Origin: Candidatus Poribacteria bacterium
GTDB taxonomy: Bacteria; Poribacteria; WGA-4E; WGA-3G
Assembly: GCA_965205015.1 (NCBI GenBank)
Contig: OZ242029.1
Span: 3,200,001-3,264,000 of the forward strand
Length of the DNA stretch: 64,000 nucleotides
Reading direction: 5' to 3'
Below are positions 18,703-29,812 of the stretch, one piece after another. The notes under the pieces were generated by a model. That model was not told where the DNA came from, did not search any database, and was given only the letters and a program-made list of their open reading frames with translations. Both the position numbers and the translations under genes were made by a program. Each line of letters starts with the position of its first letter. Position 1 is the stretch's first letter.

Positions 18703-20382
18703 CTATCCCGTCACAGCACCTTCAGAGGCAGAAGAAACCGAATTAGCATATTTCGCCATCACCCCACGAGCATAGCGCGGCTCAGGTGGTGTCCACTGCT
18801 CAAAGCGCTCTTGGATTTCAACATCGGAGAGATTAACGTCGAGTCGTCGTTCTTTTGCATCAATCACGATTTCGTCCCCCTCTTGGAGGATGGCGATGGG
18901 ACCGCCTTTTGCGGCTTCAGGGGCGACGTGACAGATCATGAACCCGTGTGTCGCACCAGAGAACCTACCGTCGGTTAAGAGGGCGACATCTTCACTTAAG
19001 CCTGCCCCTACGATGGCGGCTGTTACACCTAACATCTCACGCATACCGGGACCACCGGTGGGGCCCTCGTAACGGATAACGACGACATCCCCAGGCTGGA
19101 TCTGTCCGCCTTTGATGGCGGCAAAAGTGTCTTCCTCACGCTCAAAAATACGGGCGGGACCGCGATGGAGCGTTTTATCCTGACCGGCTAACTTGATAAC
19201 ACACCCATCCGGCGCGAGATTACCTCTCAAGATGGCGAAGCCGCCCGTCGGTTTGAGGGGTGCGTCGGCAGGTCTGACCACCTGCTGTCCCTCAGTTTCA
19301 GTCGCTGCGTTCGCCTCTTCTCCAATAGATTTACCAGTGACGGTGAGTTCATCGGTGTGGAGCAAGCCTGCCTCTGCCAAGCGTTTCGCCAAGAACGAAA
19401 TGCCGCCTGCCTCATAGAGGTCGGTCGCAACGAACTGTCCGCCGGGCTTCAGATCTGCCAGTACGGGTGTTCTTTGACTAATGGCATGAAAGTCTTCAAG
19501 CGTCAAGGGAATCTGTGCCTCGTGTGCGATAGCGAGGAGATGGAGAACACCGTTGGTAGAGCCACCGGTCGCGGCGACGGAGGTAATCGCATTCTCAAGC
19601 GACTTGCGAGTGATAATTTGGCTCGGTCTCCGGTCAGCGGCGAGCATGTCCATAACGAGTTGTCCTGCTCTGTATGCCTCTTGGTCCTTGCCCTCTACGA
19701 CAGCGGGAACACTCCCACTTCCCATCGGAGCAATACCTAACATTTCAACGGCTGTTGCCATGGTATTGGCAGTAAATTGGCCGCCGCATGCCCCGGGCCC
19801 TGGGCATCCTTTACTAATCAGGTCATCCAGTTCTTCGACAGTTATTGTCCCCTCCGCGTGCTGTCCGACGGCTTCAAACACGTCTTGGATAGTGACATCT
19901 CGTCCTTGGAATTTGCCCGGCATGATCGATCCACCGTAGAGCGTCAGTGAGGGAATATCTAACCGTGCGAGTGCCATGACGGTGCCGGGGACGGTCTTAT
20001 CGCATCCACAGAGCGCAACAACAGCATCAAACATGTTACCGATGGAAACTAACTCGATCGAGTCAGCGATGATTTCCCGACTGATAAGCGAGGTTTTCAT
20101 GCCCTCGGTGCCCATAGTGATGCCGTCAGAGATACTGACGGTGTTGAATTCAAGGGGTGTTCCACCTGCTTCGCGAATCCCCTCTTTGACCTTGGCGGCG
20201 AGCCGTCTCAGATGAAAGTTGCAAGGACCTATTTCGATCCAAGTATTCGCAACCCCGATAATTGGTTTATCAAGATCTTCAGGTGATAACCCACCATCGC
20301 CGAACATGAGCATCGTGCGTGCGGCGGCGCGATCGGGTCCGTCGGTAATCGCATAACTTCGGGGTTTCAACGTATTGGACAT
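18703..20382 (-). CDS. ilvD: Dihydroxy-acid dehydratase
   Basis: PCNFH, SDGITMG, CDKT.PG, CGGQFTANTM, TDGRFSG. Confidence 0.97.
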   Translation of the reverse strand: MSNTLKPRSYAITDGPDRAAARTMLMFGDGGLSPEDLDKPIIGVANTWIEIGPCNFHLRRLAAKVKEGIREAGGTPLEFNTVSISDGITMGTEGMKTSLISREIIADSIELVSIGNMFDAVVALCGCDKTVPGTVMALARLDIPSLTLYGGSIMPGKFQGRDVTIQDVFEAVGQHAEGTITVEELDDLISKGCPGPGACGGQFTANTMATAVEMLGIAPMGSGSVPAVVEGKDQEAYRAGQLVMDMLAADRRPSQIITRKSLENAITSVAATGGSTNGVLHLLAIAHEAQIPLTLEDFHAISQRTPVLADLKPGGQFVATDLYEAGGISFLAKRLAEAGLLHTDELTVTGKSIGEEANAATETEGQQVVRPADAPLKPTGGFAILRGNLAPDGCVIKLAGQDKTLHRGPARIFEREEDTFAAIKGGQIQPGDVVVIRYEGPTGGPGMREMLGVTAAIVGAGLSEDVALLTDGRFSGATHGFMICHVAPEAAKGGPIAILQEGDEIVIDAKERRLDVNLSDVEIQERFEQWTPPEPRYARGVMAKYANSVSSASEGAVTG

Positions 20383-20560
20383 TTTTCTCTGTTCTCCTAC
20401 AAAAGGATTTTAATTTATTGAATCTGGGCACTGCTCCATTTCATTACGCAGTGGTTTTTTGGTTAATTCCAACCCGCTTTAGGTACTGAAAGATTTTCTG
20501 ACCTTGCTGGATACTATCGTGGAACGATGCTCAGAACGCCCTCGCGCGCTGACTATTTCC

Positions 20561-22918
20561 CTATATCCCCAACCAATTGCTAAGGACACCGCCGTATTTC
20601 GCGATGAGACCGGCAAATACGACGGACACCATAGACATCAACTTAATCAGAATGTTAAGCGAGGGACCGGAGGTATCTTTGAAGGGATCTCCGACGGTAT
20701 CACCGACGACGGTGGCTTTGTGCGGTTCTGAGCCTTTTTCACCGTATTCGTTTTTGTGTTTGCCTTCCTCAATGAACTTCTTAGCGTTATCCCATGCACC
20801 ACCGGCATTTGCCATCATAATTGCGAGAACGAAACCCGTCGCTAAGCCGCCTGCCAGCAACCCTAATACACCCGCAACATCGAAAATCAAACCGACTGCG
20901 ACAGGGACAACGATAGCAATCAGCGATGGAAATATCATCTCTCGTTGCGCCCCAACCGTTGAAATTTCGACACATCGTGCGTAATCCGGTTTCTCCTCGC
21001 CTTTCATGATACCGGGTCTCTCCCGAAATTGGCGGCGGACTTCTTCTACCATAGCCCCGGCAGCGCGCCCAACCGCTTTCATCGTCAAGGCACAAAAATA
21101 GAACGCCATTACTGCCCCGATGAACAATCCGATAAGGACTTGTGGGTTCATCAGGGTAACGTTGTAGTAATTCATGAATTGATTGACTGTGACCTTGAGC
21201 GTATCAATATTCCCCTCGCCGGGTATGAGGAGTTCCTCCTTGTGTGCTAAATGGACTAATCCGTACCGGATTTCTTCCAGATAGGCTGCCAAAAGTGCGA
21301 GCGCTGTCAGTGCTGCCGATCCGATGGCAAACCCCTTACCCGTCGCCGCTGTCGTGTTGCCGAGTGCATCTAACTGATCGGTACGTTCTCGGACACTTTT
21401 ATCAAGTTCCGCCATTTCGGCGTTTCCACCGGCGTTATCTGCAATAGGTCCGTAGGCATCTGTGGCGAGGGTGATGCCAAGCGTCGCCAACATACCGACA
21501 GCGGCAATGCCGACCCCGTAAAGTCCCATCAATGGTTCGGTTGCTCCGCCGGGGAGGTAGTAGCTAATCGCAACTGCGGCGACAATGGTTATGACCGGAA
21601 TTGCCGTTGATTCCATACCGACAGCAATACCTTCAATAATGACTGTTGCGGGTCCGGTCTGTGCCTGCTTCGCAATGGCACGGGTTGGTGAATAATCGTG
21701 AGAGGTAAAAATCTCAGTGACCTTTCCAATAATCAAACCTGCTACCAGTCCGGCGATAATTGCGCCCCAAATCTGCCACATGTTAGGGAGTCCGAGATAG
21801 ATAAGGACAGGAAGTGAGACAATCGCGATGCCGACGGCACTTCCATTGATGCCGAGGTTCAGGGAGCCCATTAGTTGTTTCATCGTCGCGCCTTCTTTCG
21901 TCCGCACCATATAGATACCTAAAATGGAAAGAATCACGCCGATGCCGGCAATAATCATAGGGGCTGAAAGGTACTTGAGCTGAAGGGCAAGGTTATCGTG
22001 GTCTCTGGCAGCAACAGCAGCGACTCCAAGGGCGGCTGTGGCTAAGATGGAGCCTGCATAGGATTCGTAGAGGTCGGCTCCCATGCCAGCGACATCGCCA
22101 ACGTTATCGCCGACATTATCTGCGATGACTGCTGGGTTACGTGGGTCATCCTCTGAAAGTCCTGCTTCAACTTTCCCGACCAGATCCGCGCCGACATCCG
22201 CTGCTTTGGTATAGATGCCACCGCCAACACGAGCGAAGAGTGCCTGTGTTGAAGCCCCCATGCCGAAACTAAGCATAATCACAGTAATCTGTGGGAGCGG
22301 GTTTACTTCTAAGAATCCGGGTAATATCTTGGGAAATAGGTAATAGAGGATAAGAAACCATGCGGTGATATCAAGAAGGGCGAATCCGACAACTATCAAT
22401 CCCATGACTGCACCGGCGCGGAACGAAACCTTCAAGCCTGCATTAAGACCTTGCATGGCAGCACTTGTCGTGCGTGCGGAAGCGTTGGTCGCGGTCTTCA
22501 TGCCGAGGAAACCGCAGAGTCCTGAGAAGAAGCCCCCCGTGAGAAAGGCAAACGGTATGACTCTGTTTTGGGCATTAAGGACGAAAGCCATGAATATGAA
22601 GATGAGACAGAGTACGGCAAAAACGATGCCCACGACTTTGTACTGTTGTCTGATATATGCCATCGCACCTTCACGCACGGATTGTGCGATGTCGCGCATC
22701 GTTTCGTTTCCTTCATCCTGTTTCATTACAGCGCGGTAGAAGTGGTAGGCAAAACCTAAAGCGATGAGGGCACCGACTGGAGCAATCCACCACACCGGTG
22801 GCACAGTCGGGACGGCGTCTGTTTGGGCAAAAGCTACGGTGGCTAAATTTAGAGCGGGGAGGGCTATCAGAAATGTCTTCCAATTTAGCCACCGTCGCTT
22901 GCAAGCAATGTCATGCAT
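20561..22918 (-). CDS. hppA: Membrane-bound ion-pumping pyrophosphatase, K+-dependent type, with N-terminal signal-like extension
   Basis: DVGADLVGKVE, DNVGDNVGD, GNTTAATGKG (Ala = K+-dependent), GDTVGDPFKDTSGP. Confidence 0.95.
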   Translation of the reverse strand: MHDIACKRRWLNWKTFLIALPALNLATVAFAQTDAVPTVPPVWWIAPVGALIALGFAYHFYRAVMKQDEGNETMRDIAQSVREGAMAYIRQQYKVVGIVFAVLCLIFIFMAFVLNAQNRVIPFAFLTGGFFSGLCGFLGMKTATNASARTTSAAMQGLNAGLKVSFRAGAVMGLIVVGFALLDITAWFLILYYLFPKILPGFLEVNPLPQITVIMLSFGMGASTQALFARVGGGIYTKAADVGADLVGKVEAGLSEDDPRNPAVIADNVGDNVGDVAGMGADLYESYAGSILATAALGVAAVAARDHDNLALQLKYLSAPMIIAGIGVILSILGIYMVRTKEGATMKQLMGSLNLGINGSAVGIAIVSLPVLIYLGLPNMWQIWGAIIAGLVAGLIIGKVTEIFTSHDYSPTRAIAKQAQTGPATVIIEGIAVGMESTAIPVITIVAAVAISYYLPGGATEPLMGLYGVGIAAVGMLATLGITLATDAYGPIADNAGGNAEMAELDKSVRERTDQLDALGNTTAATGKGFAIGSAALTALALLAAYLEEIRYGLVHLAHKEELLIPGEGNIDTLKVTVNQFMNYYNVTLMNPQVLIGLFIGAVMAFYFCALTMKAVGRAAGAMVEEVRRQFRERPGIMKGEEKPDYARCVEISTVGAQREMIFPSLIAIVVPVAVGLIFDVAGVLGLLAGGLATGFVLAIMMANAGGAWDNAKKFIEEGKHKNEYGEKGSEPHKATVVGDTVGDPFKDTSGPSLNILIKLMSMVSVVFAGLIAKYGGVLSNWLGI

Positions 22919-23106
22919 TTTTTTAATTTTCCTTGCGGTTCGATGAAATGGGTTTGAGCATTGAAGTTCCTTTCCGTAGAGTTGAAGAAATACCCAAGCA
23001 ATACGCAGAAATACGCTATCAAAAACACCCCACCATTTCATTACGGGCTTACGATCTTTCGCTAAGAAAGCGGAATTCCAATTTTTTTAATTTTCCTTGT
23101 GGTTCA
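22916..23106 (-). repeat. Repeat element between folC and hppA with two terminal motif copies
   Basis: CGAACCGCAAGGAAAATTAAAAAAATG at the hppA start; TGAACCACAAGGAAAATTAA forms the folC stop; internal CAATACGCAGAAATAC block. Confidence 0.75.
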
Positions 23107-24490
23107 ATGAAATAGATCTGAATATTTCAAGTGCCTGACCGACGAGATAGAGCGAACCTGTAACGCAGATTAAATCTGTCGGTGATGCGTCGGATAAAGC
23201 CTTTGTGATTGCTTCTTCCGGCGTTGGACACGCCGTAATTTTCTCACACACATTCTCCCAAGCATTCTGTAACACTTCAGCAGACATCACGCGCGGATTG
23301 TCGGGAATTTGTGTGGCAATCACGACGTCTGCCATCTGTGAGACAACAGTGCCAATTGCTGTAAGATTTTTGTCTTTCATTAAACTAACGATAAAAGTCA
23401 CCCGACTGTAACGAAAACTCTGACGGAGCGTGCGGCAAAGTGCCTCCATTGAGGCGGGAGAATGCGCGCCATCAAGAACAACGATTGGCGAGGATCTAAT
23501 TCGTTGGATTCGACCGTGCCACTGCACGTTCTTAAATCCGGCATAAACACTCTCTTTCGGAACACTGTATCCTTCCTGTTTCAGACACTCAATCGCTGCA
23601 ACAGCAGTTGTTGCGTTTATAAACTGATGGTGTCCAAGGAGCGGCGTGGTGAGTTGCGGATAACGGTCCGAATCCGTTTCCACGTCAAATTCCTGTGCGA
23701 TAGGCAAACCATCAGCATTTTGGATGAGACGTGGGGCTGATACGCACGAATCTTGTACTGTCTCTTGAAGGATTGGTTTACAAGTTGTCTCGAAGCCCTT
23801 GACTTCAACAATCCGTGCGTTGCGGTCGCTTGCCACCTTCTCAAATACCGCTCGCGCTTCCGGGTGTTGTGGGGCAAGTGCTAAAGGACATTTCTGTTTA
23901 ATGATTTCCGCTTTCTCGCCTGCTATTTCGGTATATGTTTCCCCTAATATCGCCGTGTGTTCTAAACCGATCGGTGTGATAACAGTCACGATTGGCGTAA
24001 CAACGTTCGTCGCATCGAGTCTTCCACCCAAGCCGACCTCAATAACAGCGAAGTCTGTTCCCTTGTCGGCGAAGTAGGAAAAAGCAAGCGCGGTATATAT
24101 TTCAAAAAACGAAACACGTCCAAACTCAGAGGCGGAAACAGTCTCGATTGCGGGCTTGAGTTTCTGAATATAAAAAGCAACGTCTGATTTTGAAATGAAC
24201 TCACCATCAATACGGCACCGTTCCCTCGGCGTGATGAGATGCGGGGATGTAAACAACCCCGTTTTATACCCTGCATGCGTAAGCACTGATGCTATGAGTG
24301 CGGCAGTGGAGCCTTTGCCCTTGCTTCCTGCGATATGGACAACCTGCAGTCTATCGTGTGGATTTCCGAGCAACGCCAGCACCTGGGAGATCCGGTCTAA
24401 GTTGTAGAGCCGCGCCTGCCGTGAAAAATCAGGACTCCTTTCGTAGTCAATAAACCCTTCGATATAGGCGAGTGCCGCTTTGTAGTCCAT
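23087..24490 (-). CDS. folC: Folylpolyglutamate synthase/dihydrofolate synthase
   Basis: HIAGSKGKGST, FTSPHL, EVGLGGRLDATN, LDGAH, VTGSLYLVG. Confidence 0.95.
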   Translation of the reverse strand: MDYKAALAYIEGFIDYERSPDFSRQARLYNLDRISQVLALLGNPHDRLQVVHIAGSKGKGSTAALIASVLTHAGYKTGLFTSPHLITPRERCRIDGEFISKSDVAFYIQKLKPAIETVSASEFGRVSFFEIYTALAFSYFADKGTDFAVIEVGLGGRLDATNVVTPIVTVITPIGLEHTAILGETYTEIAGEKAEIIKQKCPLALAPQHPEARAVFEKVASDRNARIVEVKGFETTCKPILQETVQDSCVSAPRLIQNADGLPIAQEFDVETDSDRYPQLTTPLLGHHQFINATTAVAAIECLKQEGYSVPKESVYAGFKNVQWHGRIQRIRSSPIVVLDGAHSPASMEALCRTLRQSFRYSRVTFIVSLMKDKNLTAIGTVVSQMADVVIATQIPDNPRVMSAEVLQNAWENVCEKITACPTPEEAITKALSDASPTDLICVTGSLYLVGQALEIFRSISLNHKEN

Positions 24491-24499
24491 AACCGATAA

Positions 24500-25765
24500 C
24501 TATTTTAGGTACTCATAAATTGGGAATTGCGCACAGAGTTCCTTGACTTTCCCTCGGATTTGCCGTTTGATAGAGGCTTTCTGTCTATTTTCGAGTGTCT
24601 CTGCGATGAAATCAGCGACGAGAACCATCTCATTCTCTTTCATCCCGCGTGTTGTAAGCATCGGTGTCCCGAGACGTAAACCGCTTGTCGTTCTCGGTTT
24701 TCTTTTGTCGTAAGGAATCGTATTTTTATTCACAATAATTCCGGCATCTTCCAAATGATCGGCGGCTTGTCGTCCACTAAGTTTCTCATATTTGGAGGTG
24801 AGATCTATCAGCATGAGGTGATTGTCGGTACCACCGCTCACCAATCGGAACCCGTTTTCAATCAACCGTGCAGCGAGTGCCTTCGCATTTTTAACGATCT
24901 GTGCCTGATATGTTTTAAAATCGGGTTCGCTTGCTTCTTTGAAGGCAACCGCTCTGGCAGCGATTGTATGGAGGAACGGTCCGCCTTGTAAGCCGGGAAA
25001 TACAGCGCGATCGATCTTCTCCGCATATTCGGCTTTACACATAATCATAGCACCGCGGGGACCGCGTAGCGTCTTGTGTGTTGTTGTGGTAATTACATCA
25101 CTGTAAGGAACTGGGTCGGGATGTGCGTCCCCAGCGATAAGCCCTGCAATATGGGCTATATCGGCGAGTAGGTACGCCCCTACGGAATTAGCGACATGCC
25201 GCCATGCTGCAAAGTCGAAGTGCCGGGGATAGGCGGTTGCCCCGACGACGATGAGTTTCGGACGATGCTCTTTGGCAAGCCGTGCGATTTCTTCCATATC
25301 GATCCGCTCGGTCTCGGCATCCACACCATAAGGAACAATATTGTAATGGTTTCCGGAGAAATTGACGCCAGCGCCATGCGTGAGATGTCCACCTTGACTG
25401 AGAGACATACCCAGAATCGTGTCGCCTGGTTCGAGCAAGGCGTGATAGACTGCCATGTTGGCTTGGGAACCGGCATGGGGTTGGACATTGACGTGCTCGG
25501 CGCCGAAGAGTGCTTTTGCGCGTTCAATGGCGAGCGATTCAACATCGTCCATAAATTGGCATCCGTTATAGTAGCGCTCACCGGGGTAGCCCTCAGCGTA
25601 TTTATTGGCGAGGATGCTGCTCTGTGCTTCCATGACAGCGCGACTTGCGTAATTTTCGGACGGGATCAGCATGAGAGCGTCTTGCTGGCGTCTTAAGTCT
25701 TTAGCGGCGATTTCAACGATCTGTGGGTCGACTTCACCTAATTTAGATTCTAATGTGTTCATCAA
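24500..25765 (-). CDS. glyA: Serine hydroxymethyltransferase
   Basis: [32 protein letters not shown]. Confidence 0.98.
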   Translation of the reverse strand: MMNTLESKLGEVDPQIVEIAAKDLRRQQDALMLIPSENYASRAVMEAQSSILANKYAEGYPGERYYNGCQFMDDVESLAIERAKALFGAEHVNVQPHAGSQANMAVYHALLEPGDTILGMSLSQGGHLTHGAGVNFSGNHYNIVPYGVDAETERIDMEEIARLAKEHRPKLIVVGATAYPRHFDFAAWRHVANSVGAYLLADIAHIAGLIAGDAHPDPVPYSDVITTTTHKTLRGPRGAMIMCKAEYAEKIDRAVFPGLQGGPFLHTIAARAVAFKEASEPDFKTYQAQIVKNAKALAARLIENGFRLVSGGTDNHLMLIDLTSKYEKLSGRQAADHLEDAGIIVNKNTIPYDKRKPRTTSGLRLGTPMLTTRGMKENEMVLVADFIAETLENRQKASIKRQIRGKVKELCAQFPIYEYLK

Positions 25766-26088
25766 AGTTTACCGATTGTAATTAAAATATGACATAGTAT
25801 CCTGCTTGTAGAAGTTAAATTTTAACACAGATTTGCCACAAATTCAAATTTTTCCTGATTTTTGTGTGAACCGCCATTTGTCAATTTGTCAAGAAGCATT
25901 TGACATTTCTGTTTCGATTCTTGCTATGTGTTTCATTTTGAATGCCTCCTCTTTTTTCTCTATTTTAATACCTTTTTGCGGTGTTTGTCAAGAAATAAGG
26001 TTGCTCTATTTCGGTTGTGTTATATTGGGGATTGTGCTAAACTGATATGCATCAGAATTTTGGAGAAAGGCATTTGTTAGTGTATATT

Positions 26089-28329
26089 ATGAAGCGATTG
26101 TGGCAACAGAAATATCGAATTGTGCTCGTGTTGCTGCTTGTGTGGGGATGCGATTCACAACAGAAAGAGCAGACGCAGCAGCCAACAACGCAGCAGTCAG
26201 CACCCCGTGAAGTCGCGGAACCTGTCCCGCCGCCTCGTGCTGAAGATTGGCACATGTTCATGCACAATCTTGGCTTTTCTGGGATCAGTCCCGACAAAAG
26301 CATTATACCGCCGTTGGAACTGCTGTGGAAATTCAAAACCGGTGGACCGATCCACGCTGCCCCCGTAATTGCAAACGGCATTTTGTATATCGGATCGACG
26401 GATGGTAAGTTGTACGCGCTGGACGCGAAACAGTGGGGAATCAGATGGGTCTTTGATGCGGGGGATGCCATCCGCTATTCCGCAACGGTCTTCGGGAATC
26501 GGGTCTACTTTAGCGCGAGAAACAACAAAGTTTACGCGTTGGACGCGAAAACAGGCGAGAAATTGTGGGAGTTCAAATCAAAGAGTTGGATGGACGCGCC
26601 GCCGATCGTTTCGGACAAGAAGGTTTATATCGGTGCGTTTCCTTCTAAAATCTATCTATTGAATGCGGGCACGGGGAATCTCGAAGCGATGCGTGAACGG
26701 ACAGTTCGCATCCAGGGTATCGAATACGGATGCGCAAAAGGGGTGTTCCGCCCAATCTTGCCAGAGCACAACGCCGACTTATGGCGGGATTACACGAGTG
26801 GCAGTGAGAGTTATCCTGTGACGGCGAATGGTATCGTCTATATCGGTGCCCGCAATGGACAACTCCACGCCTTTGATGCGGCATCCCAGGCTGAAGTTTG
26901 GACATATCAACTCGGTGGTTCTGTGGACGCTGCACCCGCCATCTCCGACGGCATTCTCTATGCGGTATCCGGTGATGGGCATATCTACGCCTTTACAAAC
27001 GCGAGCGAGAGTCCAAACCTCGCCAGCGAGAATCCTTCAACAGATACTCGACGGCAAGGTGTTGTAGCACATGACGCGGCACCGGTTTATACGAGAAAGG
27101 GAGGGGGTACAACCGCCTCCACTGAAGGTTCATCGGTGTTGTTACAACTCAACGACGGCGTGCGTTTGCCAATTATACGAGTTTTGGAGGACTGGTATGA
27201 AATTGAACTTCCGAATGGTGTACGAGGGTGGATGAACAAGTTCGCCTTCGGTGAGTTCAAAGAGATAGACGGTATTCTGTTCAATACGACTTTCTGTCGT
27301 CCGGAAGATAACGCAATTACGGACCCGTATAGGATACAATTGATTGAAGGTGCCGAGTTTCCGCGCTGGAGTCCGGATGGGGAGTTCATCGCATTTTTGA
27401 AAAGAGAGGATTTGGGTGGCAGATATTGGCGGGCAAATGAACTGTGGATTATGGATCGGAAGGGGGAACGGGCACGAAAGTTCTACACCGGCAACTTTTA
27501 CAATCCATACCTTTCTTGGTCGCTGGACAGTAGGCTTGTTGCATTTGAAGTTGACGAAAATGGTGAACGTTTTATTTACACAGTCGATTGGAAATTTGGA
27601 CGGATCAAACAGTTGGTTCGTGGAGATGGACCTGCCTTTTCACCGACATCTAACCGTTTGGTATTCAGAAGGCGCGACTTTTCTCAATCTCGGGGACTGG
27701 ACATCGTCTACCGAATCAACAGCGATGGTAGCGGTTTGGGTGCTATTGCCCGTGTACCCATTGAACGCCGACAGCGGACCTATACCTATCTGTCGGCACC
27801 CTCTTGGGCACCTGATGGCACTCGGGTTGCTTTCGGTGTGAACAACTCAAAATATGTTGGGATCCGTATCCAAGACATAGAAGGGCAACGCATAAAAGAG
27901 ATTTTGACGCAGCATCAACAGGTGCATCAACTGAACTGGTCGGCGGATAGTACCCGGCTGGCTTATGTTTTGTCGGGCAGTAACCGTCCCGGGCAACTGC
28001 TCGATAAGCAGCTGCACGTATCGGAGACGGTGTCGACTTTGACGCAGAGTGAGATTTTGAAACACACATCACCGGCGTGGTCGCCAACGGGTAAACAATT
28101 AGCGTATATGGAACGTGAGGACTGTGCAGGCATTCGTTGGAAGGTCTGGGTTTATGATCTTGAGAGCGGTAAGAAATTTCCTATCGCTCGCACGCCGATG
28201 AAGTTGACATCAGTCGTCTGGATGCCGGATGGTAAGCATCTCTGTTTGTGGCAAACATCAGATTATCTGCGCGATAACGCGTATAAACCCGCGCTGACGA
28301 AGGGATGGATTGTACCAATTCTCCAGTAA
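26089..28329 (+). CDS. Lipoprotein with PQQ/BamB-like propeller, SH3-like domain and TolB-like (PD40) propeller
   Basis: Lipobox VWGC; repeated LYALDA/W.F motifs; WYEIELPNGVRGW; repeated P.WSPDG motifs. Confidence 0.75.
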   Translation: MKRLWQQKYRIVLVLLLVWGCDSQQKEQTQQPTTQQSAPREVAEPVPPPRAEDWHMFMHNLGFSGISPDKSIIPPLELLWKFKTGGPIHAAPVIANGILYIGSTDGKLYALDAKQWGIRWVFDAGDAIRYSATVFGNRVYFSARNNKVYALDAKTGEKLWEFKSKSWMDAPPIVSDKKVYIGAFPSKIYLLNAGTGNLEAMRERTVRIQGIEYGCAKGVFRPILPEHNADLWRDYTSGSESYPVTANGIVYIGARNGQLHAFDAASQAEVWTYQLGGSVDAAPAISDGILYAVSGDGHIYAFTNASESPNLASENPSTDTRRQGVVAHDAAPVYTRKGGGTTASTEGSSVLLQLNDGVRLPIIRVLEDWYEIELPNGVRGWMNKFAFGEFKEIDGILFNTTFCRPEDNAITDPYRIQLIEGAEFPRWSPDGEFIAFLKREDLGGRYWRANELWIMDRKGERARKFYTGNFYNPYLSWSLDSRLVAFEVDENGERFIYTVDWKFGRIKQLVRGDGPAFSPTSNRLVFRRRDFSQSRGLDIVYRINSDGSGLGAIARVPIERRQRTYTYLSAPSWAPDGTRVAFGVNNSKYVGIRIQDIEGQRIKEILTQHQQVHQLNWSADSTRLAYVLSGSNRPGQLLDKQLHVSETVSTLTQSEILKHTSPAWSPTGKQLAYMEREDCAGIRWKVWVYDLESGKKFPIARTPMKLTSVVWMPDGKHLCLWQTSDYLRDNAYKPALTKGWIVPILQ

Positions 28330-28335
28330 TCATGA

Positions 28336-29097
28336 CTACTCAGGGGCTTTGTATTTCGGATCGTTAAAGTATTTGCTGATAAGTGGTTTGCCTTTGTGGA
28401 GAGTTGCAGCATGGGGTGCAGAGCTTACAAGCTGATTAATCAACCATTTGTTCTCCTTCTTTATCAGATAAATGTAGGTTTCCCCTGGGATCTTAGATAT
28501 TCCACATAAAGAATTGAACCCTTTCACACTCGCTTCAGGATACGGAACCTGGGCATTCTTAGGGCGGATATAAAATTCTGTCAGTGTAGGAGTCGGTCCC
28601 CACTGACAACCTGTACATGGGGCTTCCCAGCTATGCCAAAAATGGTGAATGGTAGCTTTAAGATTACTCTTGCTTAGGGACCGCCTATTGTGATTCTTAT
28701 TACCACAGGAAAAGTTAAATTCGTTCCCTCCGGGATGCACGTTAGTTAAGAGAGCATTCATCTCCCTTTGGTTATAGGCGTTATAAAATTCGGTATAAAC
28801 TTGTTGAATCGCTGCTGTCTCTGTTGCAAAGTCAATGGAATCCGTTGCGACCTCATCTTCTGGCACATCTGTCTCTATCCACGATTTATCTATGTAAGGG
28901 GCTGTTGAAAACAATACGTATTCGACGAATCGGGCAAGGTCTTTTTGTTCTTCTGGTGTCAGTTGTTTTATGCCGCCATCTGTTTCTGACTCGTCTGTCC
29001 CGCAACTGATAAGATTCAAGCTCGCAAAAATGCTTACGAATAGGAGTATTCGCCGGGCCTGTTTCCCGAACCCCCCTGCTATTTTTTTATGATTCAT
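28336..29097 (-). CDS. Lipoprotein, paralog of 29813-30511 (conserved N-terminus, divergent NTF2-like C-domain)
   Basis: Lipobox LISC; shared LTPEEQK..ARFVEYVLF...TAAIQQVY, LTEFYIR and YF.DPKYKAPE blocks. Confidence 0.7.
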   Translation of the reverse strand: MNHKKIAGGFGKQARRILLFVSIFASLNLISCGTDESETDGGIKQLTPEEQKDLARFVEYVLFSTAPYIDKSWIETDVPEDEVATDSIDFATETAAIQQVYTEFYNAYNQREMNALLTNVHPGGNEFNFSCGNKNHNRRSLSKSNLKATIHHFWHSWEAPCTGCQWGPTPTLTEFYIRPKNAQVPYPEASVKGFNSLCGISKIPGETYIYLIKKENKWLINQLVSSAPHAATLHKGKPLISKYFNDPKYKAPE

Positions 29098-29116
29098 TTT
29101 ACCTCCACAAAACGCG

Positions 29117-29803
29117 TTAGTAGGCAAGCCCGTTAAGCGTCAATAAAACAGTTACGACCTCATTTGTTAACTCAATTTCGTTTTTTTCACCGATGCTCGT
29201 TTTGGACGCATTGCCAAAACTCACGGTAAGATCAACAGAACAGTGGCGGAGAAACTCGTAACCGATTCCCCCCGAAACTGCTATACCTGTTGGTCGTGCG
29301 TTTTCCAATTCAATCGGCGGGAACCAAGTTGCTAAGGTTGCCAACCCGACAGAGCCGTGAATATAAAAGTTTGTTCTGTAGCGAGGATAGATTGTGATTC
29401 CCATGCCAGATGTTCCGTTGGCAATGACTGTGTCTTTATAGAGATTGCGCAAGGGTAACCATGTTACCCGGTTCGTATAGTAGATCAGAACCCGATCCGT
29501 CAACCCGTGCCCCACTCTGATGTCGGTTACAAAAGCCGATTCCGTCCCGCGTGTTTCTAATCGGGGACCTTCGTAGGCATCTCCCCAGTATTCGACAAGG
29601 GATTGCGTATAGCTCGCCATCCCTGTCCCAACCCCAATTCCGCAGATGAACCCCTCGCGTCTGCCTCTGTTACTGAATTCACTTTTTCCTGCACAAGAGC
29701 ATAAAACCAACACACTGGCAATTATACCATTGTAATGTACCCATGATAATCTAAATTTCACAAATATTCCCTCCTCACAGTAATTGGTGTGCTTCTGTTT
29801 CAA
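29117..29803 (-). CDS. Small outer-membrane beta-barrel protein, paralog of the C-terminal domain of 30534-32087
   Basis: Alternating hydrophobic strands, GIGYEF, C-terminal aromatic (LTLNGLAY). Confidence 0.65.
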   Translation of the reverse strand: MKQKHTNYCEEGIFVKFRLSWVHYNGIIASVLVLCSCAGKSEFSNRGRREGFICGIGVGTGMASYTQSLVEYWGDAYEGPRLETRGTESAFVTDIRVGHGLTDRVLIYYTNRVTWLPLRNLYKDTVIANGTSGMGITIYPRYRTNFYIHGSVGLATLATWFPPIELENARPTGIAVSGGIGYEFLRHCSVDLTVSFGNASKTSIGEKNEIELTNEVVTVLLTLNGLAY

Positions 29804-29812
29804 ATTTCATGG

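Noticed and set aside
25766-26046. Folate or ZTP riboswitch upstream of glyA-folC
   Set aside because: AT-rich divergent promoter region with no recognisable aptamer motifs.
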